From an uncultured bacterium (GTDB lineage Bacteria; Patescibacteriota; Minisyncoccia; Phycocordibacterales; CAIZLB01), in NCBI GenBank assembly GCA_903848795.1, contig CAINHC010000001.1:14915-78914 (forward strand): a stretch of 64,000 nt of DNA, given 5' to 3'. A model generated the notes under the pieces. That model made no database searches. It saw only the letters and a program-made list of their open reading frames with translations, and had not been told where the DNA came from. The translations under genes were made by a program, and so were the position numbers. Within the stretch, counting starts at the first letter, position 1. Each line of letters opens with the position of its first letter. Shown here piece by piece: positions 58,453 to 64,000 of the stretch.

Positions 58453-61056
58453 TTATTGCTCAGCCATCTCTCCCCAATTCAATCCAATATTTGAAGATGT
58501 TACAACCGGCACCCCCTTTGATTGTTCATCAGTTAAAATGTTCTGCATAATATCTTGAATCTTTTTAGAGATTTTCTTTATAAATTCTTTATCATCCTCC
58601 ACCTCAAATACCAATTCGTCATGAACCTGTAAAAGCATCTTTACTCTTCCATAAACTTCCTTATTTTTTGAATCATTTATATAATCATAAATTTTTCTCA
58701 TGCTAATCTTTATAATGTCTGCTGAAGTTCCCTGTATTGGGGCGTTAATGGCCATACGCTCAGCGGCAGCTCTGATGAATGGTAGTTTAGACCTTATACC
58801 CTCAAAGTATCTCCTGCGGCCAAATAGCGTCTCTGTATAACCATTTTGTTCAGCAAATCTTTTGGTTTCCTCCAGAAACTCTGCGACCCTACTAAATGTT
58901 CTAAAATATTCATTATAAAAAGTTTGAGCTTCGTCTTTCGTGCTTCCAAGATTGGTCTTGAGTGCATTTACTCCCATTCCATAAAGAATTCCGAAGTTAA
59001 TCACCTTAGCTTGTCTTCTCATATCTTTTGTAACCTCATCTTCTTTTACACCAAACACTCTTGAAGCAACACCAGTGTGAACATCTTCGCCTTTCTTAAA
59101 TATGTCTATCAAATTTTTATCACCGGACATTATGGCCGCAATTCTAAGTTCAATTTGAGAATAATCAAATGATAACAGAACGCAACCCTTTTCTGTGATA
59201 AAACCACCCCTAACCTTTCTACCTAAATCTGTCTTTGTTGGAATATTTTGAATATTCGGATTTTGAGAAGACATTCTACCTGTCGTTGTACCAGCCTGCA
59301 AAAACTTTGCATGCAGTCTATCTTTTGAGTCTGTGAGAAGTGGCAATGGATCAATGTAAGTCGAAAGAAGCTTGGCTAGCTCTCTATATTCCAATATTTT
59401 ATCAATTATCGGATGCACTCCTTTAAGTTTTTCTAATTCCGATTCTTTTGTTGAACGTGCGCCTCCAGCTGTCTTTTTGAGACGCTTCGCACCCATTCCC
59501 TCTCCAAGATTCATTTCATCAAAAATAACTACACCTAGTTGTTTTGGAGAATCGACATTAAATTCACGTCCTGCCATTTTCCAGATCTCACCTTCAAGCC
59601 TACTTAATTCTTTGTGATAATCTTCAGATAATTTCTTTAAATACTTCCTATCGAGCAATATTCCATCTTCCTCCATTTTAGAAACAACTGGAATAAGTGG
59701 CCATTCAATTTCTTTTAAAACATATGTCAGACCCTGTTTTTCAATTTCTCCCAGGAGATATTTTTCAATTTGTTCGTATTTTTTAGATTTTGTATATTTT
59801 AAAACATCCTCATACGTTGGGGAGGTTAAGCTGGAATTCAGAACCCACAAAGCGATACACACCCTAGATTTTTGTTCTTCTGTTATATCCTCCGCCGGCT
59901 CAATTTGTGCTTTTGCCTGATTCACCCCAGATGTTCCACCACCACCCACAACACCAACGCCTCCAAACAAACCACCCGGTTCCGAATTTGCACCAGAAAC
60001 ATCAACACCGTTTCTACTCATAATATTCTTTAACCGCGTACCAAGGGTTCTAAATTCAAACTCATCAAATATTTGCTCCGCCTTATTTATATCAAAGGAA
60101 TCCTTCCATGTTTTTTCTGGAAGTTCAAATTTAATTGGGGCATCTCGCCTTATTGTTGCGAGCATCTTACTGAACACTGCTTCATCTTCGCCTTTTTCAA
60201 GTAAATCAATAATCCTGTCGGTGATTCCAAGTTTCTTAATTTCATTTGGCCCACCCTCCTTTTTTAAAGTCTCGTATAGTTTTTCAATCGTATGAAAATG
60301 AGAAATTAATGTCGTTGCTGTCTTTTCGCCAATTCCAACAATTCCAATAATGTTATCTGATGTGTCACCTCGCAATCCCTTATAGTCTGGTAGATATTCC
60401 GGATGAAAACCAAATCTTTCAACAACAGCATCTTCATCATATGTGACAGTATCCTTTATTCCTTTCTTTAAGGTAAAAACTTGCACTTCTTTGTCACGCA
60501 CAAGCTGTAATGTGTCCATGTCCCCTGACGCAATCACAACTTTCAAACCCTTAATATCTTTTGTTTGTTCAACAATGGTTCCAAGCATATCATCAGCTTC
60601 AAATCCAGGCTTATCAAACATTGGAATATTAAAGTTCTCAAATATCTTTCTAGATGATTTTAGTTGATCCACCAGCTCATCATCACTCTTTTTTCTTCCA
60701 GCTTTATAATCCTTATAAGCCTCATGCCTATATGTCGGCTGAGGAAGATCATAACAAGCAACAATATAATCTGGATTAAACTTCTCGATTATTCCAATAA
60801 GCATGGAGGAAAGACCGTAAAGTGCCCCCGTCGGTACACCATGGGATGTAGCAAAATCAGGAAGAGCGTGATATCCGCGATGAATGATTGCGTGGGAGTC
60901 TAATAAGACCAAGGTTTTATTTAAGGCCTCCTTTTGGACCAAGTTCTTTTTATCCAGCTTCTCCAAGCTCTCATTTTTGTCTGTTGTTGGTGTTTTTTTC
61001 ACTTCGGGTACATTATACCCCATTTGTCTTTTTGACTGAACCTTATAAAAAACCAA
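58453..61056 (-). CDS. polA: DNA polymerase I (start probably GTG 61002)
   Basis: 5'-3' exonuclease 'EADD', 'GDTSDNI'; polymerase 'DYSQIELR', 'KVINFGILYG', 'QVHDEL'. Confidence 0.97.
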   Translation of the reverse strand: MVFYKVQSKRQMGYNVPEVKKTPTTDKNESLEKLDKKNLVQKEALNKTLVLLDSHAIIHRGYHALPDFATSHGVPTGALYGLSSMLIGIIEKFNPDYIVACYDLPQPTYRHEAYKDYKAGRKKSDDELVDQLKSSRKIFENFNIPMFDKPGFEADDMLGTIVEQTKDIKGLKVVIASGDMDTLQLVRDKEVQVFTLKKGIKDTVTYDEDAVVERFGFHPEYLPDYKGLRGDTSDNIIGIVGIGEKTATTLISHFHTIEKLYETLKKEGGPNEIKKLGITDRIIDLLEKGEDEAVFSKMLATIRRDAPIKFELPEKTWKDSFDINKAEQIFDEFEFRTLGTRLKNIMSRNGVDVSGANSEPGGLFGGVGVVGGGGTSGVNQAKAQIEPAEDITEEQKSRVCIALWVLNSSLTSPTYEDVLKYTKSKKYEQIEKYLLGEIEKQGLTYVLKEIEWPLIPVVSKMEEDGILLDRKYLKKLSEDYHKELSRLEGEIWKMAGREFNVDSPKQLGVVIFDEMNLGEGMGAKRLKKTAGGARSTKESELEKLKGVHPIIDKILEYRELAKLLSTYIDPLPLLTDSKDRLHAKFLQAGTTTGRMSSQNPNIQNIPTKTDLGRKVRGGFITEKGCVLLSFDYSQIELRIAAIMSGDKNLIDIFKKGEDVHTGVASRVFGVKEDEVTKDMRRQAKVINFGILYGMGVNALKTNLGSTKDEAQTFYNEYFRTFSRVAEFLEETKRFAEQNGYTETLFGRRRYFEGIRSKLPFIRAAAERMAINAPIQGTSADIIKISMRKIYDYINDSKNKEVYGRVKMLLQVHDELVFEVEDDKEFIKKISKKIQDIMQNILTDEQSKGVPVVTSSNIGLNWGEMAEQ

Positions 61057-61064
61057 TTTAAGTG

Positions 61065-61622
61065 TTAGTTTGTTTCTGTATTGTCTTCGCCCAGCAATTC
61101 CATAGTATTTTGAGACGGACTAAAGTACATCTTCCTGGTATTTTCATCAACAAATTCAAATTCAACAATCGGAGCGTCTTGTGGAAGAATATTCATATCA
61201 GAAACCATTTCTGGCCACTCAAAGCAGATTAGGTTTTTGGGGTCTTTTAGAGTTTCTTCAAAATTAATAGCTAATATTTCATTTCCGGATTCTAGCCTGA
61301 AAGCATCGATGTGAATTAAGGTCTCCAACCCACAAATTTCGAGTGTTTCTTTATATTCAAACGAACTGTGCTCGGGGTGTATTTTATACCTCTTTTCTAT
61401 TGAAAAAGTTGGACTAGTTATTTCTTCACTAACACCCAATATCTCGCCGATACATTTTGTAAACGCGGTTTTTCCAGAACCGAGGTCTCCTTTCAATACC
61501 AAAACAGTGGCTTTATTTTCACCACCATTAGTTATTTTTACCCTGTTGTTTAAAACCTCCCCCAACACAAGCCTTGCAAACTTTTTGGTATCTTCGAGTG
61601 AATATGATGTGATTTTGTACAT
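61065..61622 (-). CDS. tsaE: t6A biosynthesis ATPase TsaE
   Basis: 'GDLGSGKT', 'SPTF', 'HIDAFRL', 'EWPE'. Confidence 0.93.
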   Translation of the reverse strand: MYKITSYSLEDTKKFARLVLGEVLNNRVKITNGGENKATVLVLKGDLGSGKTAFTKCIGEILGVSEEITSPTFSIEKRYKIHPEHSSFEYKETLEICGLETLIHIDAFRLESGNEILAINFEETLKDPKNLICFEWPEMVSDMNILPQDAPIVEFEFVDENTRKMYFSPSQNTMELLGEDNTETN

Positions 61623-61743
61623 TACTGATTTTTATCTGAATTTTATATAATATTCATATTATATACCGTATTTAATTAAAAAACACCAAAAACAAAACAA
61701 GGTTTTTAGGCCTTGTTTAGTGTTTTCTTGCTGTGTAGGTGAA

Positions 61744-62061
61744 TTATTCTTCTGCTGGAATATCATTTAATATTTTATCTTCTGTGGCCATTTCAAGCGC
61801 TGCGTTGTTTAGATCCATGTCTAATTGTTTCTCTATCGTATCAATTACCTCATTATCCTCCCCTATTATATTAGCTCCATCAATTTTCGGCATGGCTACT
61901 ACCTCATCACAAATTGGCTTAAGTACTGCATCCACTTCTGCAATTCTGTCTTTATATCCCTGCAGTCTTTGACTTAATGCCTGCTTAAGTTCATCTCCAT
62001 GAAGTTTGCTTATTTCATCAGCGGTTAACGGGTTTGAATTGTTGTTTGGTATTGGATTCAT
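61744..62061 (-). CDS. Hypothetical acidic helical protein
   Basis: 105 aa ORF directly downstream of the next ORF; terminator-like hairpin near 61690-61725. Confidence 0.6.
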   Translation of the reverse strand: MNPIPNNNSNPLTADEISKLHGDELKQALSQRLQGYKDRIAEVDAVLKPICDEVVAMPKIDGANIIGEDNEVIDTIEKQLDMDLNNAALEMATEDKILNDIPAEE

Positions 62062-62065
62062 GTTT

Positions 62066-64000
62066 TTATTTTAGTTTACTTATTTGTTCAAAGACACCCG
62101 ATCCTTTTTTTATAAATTCTTTATTATTGTCTGTAATAACACCACCATCTTCTTTTGCCTTTGTTAAAAATTGAACAATTATTGCTCCGGCATCTTTAAA
62201 CAACCTTGTTTCTTTTCCATCAAAATCAGCATCTTCTTTTACAACAAGAAAACTACGGGCTAATTTTTCAGCGACACTTTGAATGGTTGGGCTAGGGGTA
62301 GATGCTGACTGCTTTTCACCCTTAAACACCTGACGGAACTTCTCAATTTCATCTTTTAATTTTGTCAGTTTTTCTCCACGTCTTTTTTCAACCTCTGGAT
62401 TTATCACGTCCTCTGACTCTGGTTCTCGTGATGGCTCAAATGTTGGTGCCGAAGCTGGGGTTGTCTCTGACACCGCGGGTGTTGTTACAGATTTTGGTTG
62501 TTTTTGTTTTAGAGTGGATGATGGTAAAGGTGGTGGTGTTGAAGACGGTGTAGAATTTGATTTTGAGGCTGAAATTATTTGTTTAACAACTCCACCATTA
62601 TCAATTTTTTCTTTCGACCTGTCTCGCTCCCCTACATATTTATCTTTTAAACCATCAAATCTTTTTGTCCTATTGTCTGTAAGTTCTATAAAACTACCGA
62701 GATTATGCCCCGCCTCTTCATAAAGGCTGAGTTTTGATTTACTTTCATTTACTGCAAATTCATATTCATTGATTGCACTCTTAATCTCAGCGCGATCCAC
62801 CCTGTTTTTTGTGGATGCCAACGCCTTTTTTAGACTTATAATTTGACTATCTGTTTCTGCAATAACACCCTGCATCCTGTTTGTCTCTGTATTTATTATT
62901 TTAAGCTTTGAAATGTTCTCGTAATAATTTGTTTTTTGTCTAATCTTTTCTGTCTCTATCTCAATACTGGCAATAAAATTATCCATTATCGAAATCTTTC
63001 TCTCGTTATACCATCTGAGCTGTTCATTTAAGGCGTTCTTTTCTGTCTGAAGCTGATCTCTTTTGTTTACCACATTTTCCACAATAGTATTTCTTGCTTC
63101 CGTCAAAGTTCGTACCATATTTAGGTCTCCTCGAGCTTTCGCCTCCTCAATAGACTTATCTATTCTATCAACATTTTCTCTACCCAATCTTTCATTTGCT
63201 GGATTGTTTATTTCTTGTCGTATTTTTCTATCAATACGAGTAATTTCATCCTTTTTCCTTATAATCAGGTTGTCATTTGAAAAGGTATCATACATCATAT
63301 CCACCTTAACTTCCGTGTTTAAATCAGAAAAATTACTAACGTCCTCAAACCATCCCATTTTTATTTTAAATTTATTAAAATTAGATTTAAACCAGCCGAC
63401 CTCAGAATCAATCTTTATATCATTGACAACCTCTGTGGTAAGTCTATTTTCTCTGTGAATCCTACCTAATAAAGAGTTATTTTCTTCTGGGATATTGGAA
63501 TTAACACCCAAATCCTCTTTTGAGACTTCTTGTGTTGACGGAACAGCATCTCTAGAATTAGGAGGCGATGGAGGAATCATTGGAATTTTTTCTGGAATAA
63601 TCACCTCTGGTGTAGTTGGTGTGGGTGCAGGTGTAGGTGTTGGTTCACTGTCACTCTCTGGATGCTCCGATAATAATCCCTCCCCCTCACTTTCGTTATC
63701 AAGGGGGTGTGTATCAAAATTTCTATTTATTTTATTAACACCCAAAGTATAAACATCTGGAGTTAAATCTATTTCATCCTCCAAAACCCCCTGATCATTT
63801 GAGAAACTTTTTCCACCATCTTCTGTTGAGACAACCTGTTTCTCATTGGGAACAACAGTTGGATTGGAAGCTATTTTAATCGCTTCTGGTCCAACCGCCA
63901 TACGCTCATCTCTATTAGAATACTTATCAACCAATTCATTCTGTGAATATTCTGGATGTTCTTTGATGTAGTTTTCTAACCATTCTGATTTTGGAGAATA
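62066..64000 (-). CDS. Large hypothetical coiled-coil protein with Pro/Thr-rich linkers (5' truncated by window)
   Basis: Frame stays open from 63934 to the window edge (YSPKSEWLENYIKEHPEYSQNEL...). Confidence 0.7.
   Translation of the reverse strand, partial: YSPKSEWLENYIKEHPEYSQNELVDKYSNRDERMAVGPEAIKIASNPTVVPNEKQVVSTEDGGKSFSNDQGVLEDEIDLTPDVYTLGVNKINRNFDTHPLDNESEGEGLLSEHPESDSEPTPTPAPTPTTPEVIIPEKIPMIPPSPPNSRDAVPSTQEVSKEDLGVNSNIPEENNSLLGRIHRENRLTTEVVNDIKIDSEVGWFKSNFNKFKIKMGWFEDVSNFSDLNTEVKVDMMYDTFSNDNLIIRKKDEITRIDRKIRQEINNPANERLGRENVDRIDKSIEEAKARGDLNMVRTLTEARNTIVENVVNKRDQLQTEKNALNEQLRWYNERKISIMDNFIASIEIETEKIRQKTNYYENISKLKIINTETNRMQGVIAETDSQIISLKKALASTKNRVDRAEIKSAINEYEFAVNESKSKLSLYEEAGHNLGSFIELTDNRTKRFDGLKDKYVGERDRSKEKIDNGGVVKQIISASKSNSTPSSTPPPLPSSTLKQKQPKSVTTPAVSETTPASAPTFEPSREPESEDVINPEVEKRRGEKLTKLKDEIEKFRQVFKGEKQSASTPSPTIQSVAEKLARSFLVVKEDADFDGKETRLFKDAGAIIVQFLTKAKEDGGVITDNNKEFIKKGSGVFEQISKLK

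Overview
AT-rich bacterial chromosome segment using translation table 11. Gene content points to Patescibacteria/CPR, probably Parcubacteria: IleRS with a histidine-phosphatase insert, a RuvX-tRNA-binding fusion, a PilMNO cluster, tRNA-Arg(GCG), rplK without rplA, and AAA_14/DUF4143 ATPases. The backbone is housekeeping (ftsK, recA, efp, rpsF-ssb-rpsR, metG, glyS, ileS, argS, secE-nusG-rplK, folD, uppP, rplS, alr, rpsT, ruvA, mutM, holA, polA, tsaE) with 7 tRNA genes, plus many toxin-antitoxin-type genes and small ORFan cassettes. The most interesting signals are non-coding. (1) Three 165-210 bp structured elements follow tRNA-Val, tRNA-Arg(TCT) and tRNA-Arg(GCG); each keeps a shared scaffold but carries a sense and an antisense copy of its own host tRNA's 3' end. 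(2) Two PemK/MazF toxin genes with no protein antitoxin each face a convergent promoter-structured RNA-terminator unit sharing a GACCT...AGGCA hairpin. (3) A dense TGTCYT motif array lies in and around a wHTH gene beside ftsK. (4) Further palindromic families: a conserved-core/variable-arm element, regularly spaced GCGATTC palindromes, and a ~180 nt nested hairpin upstream of rpsF. All calls were made by eye; no database search or folding program was run.
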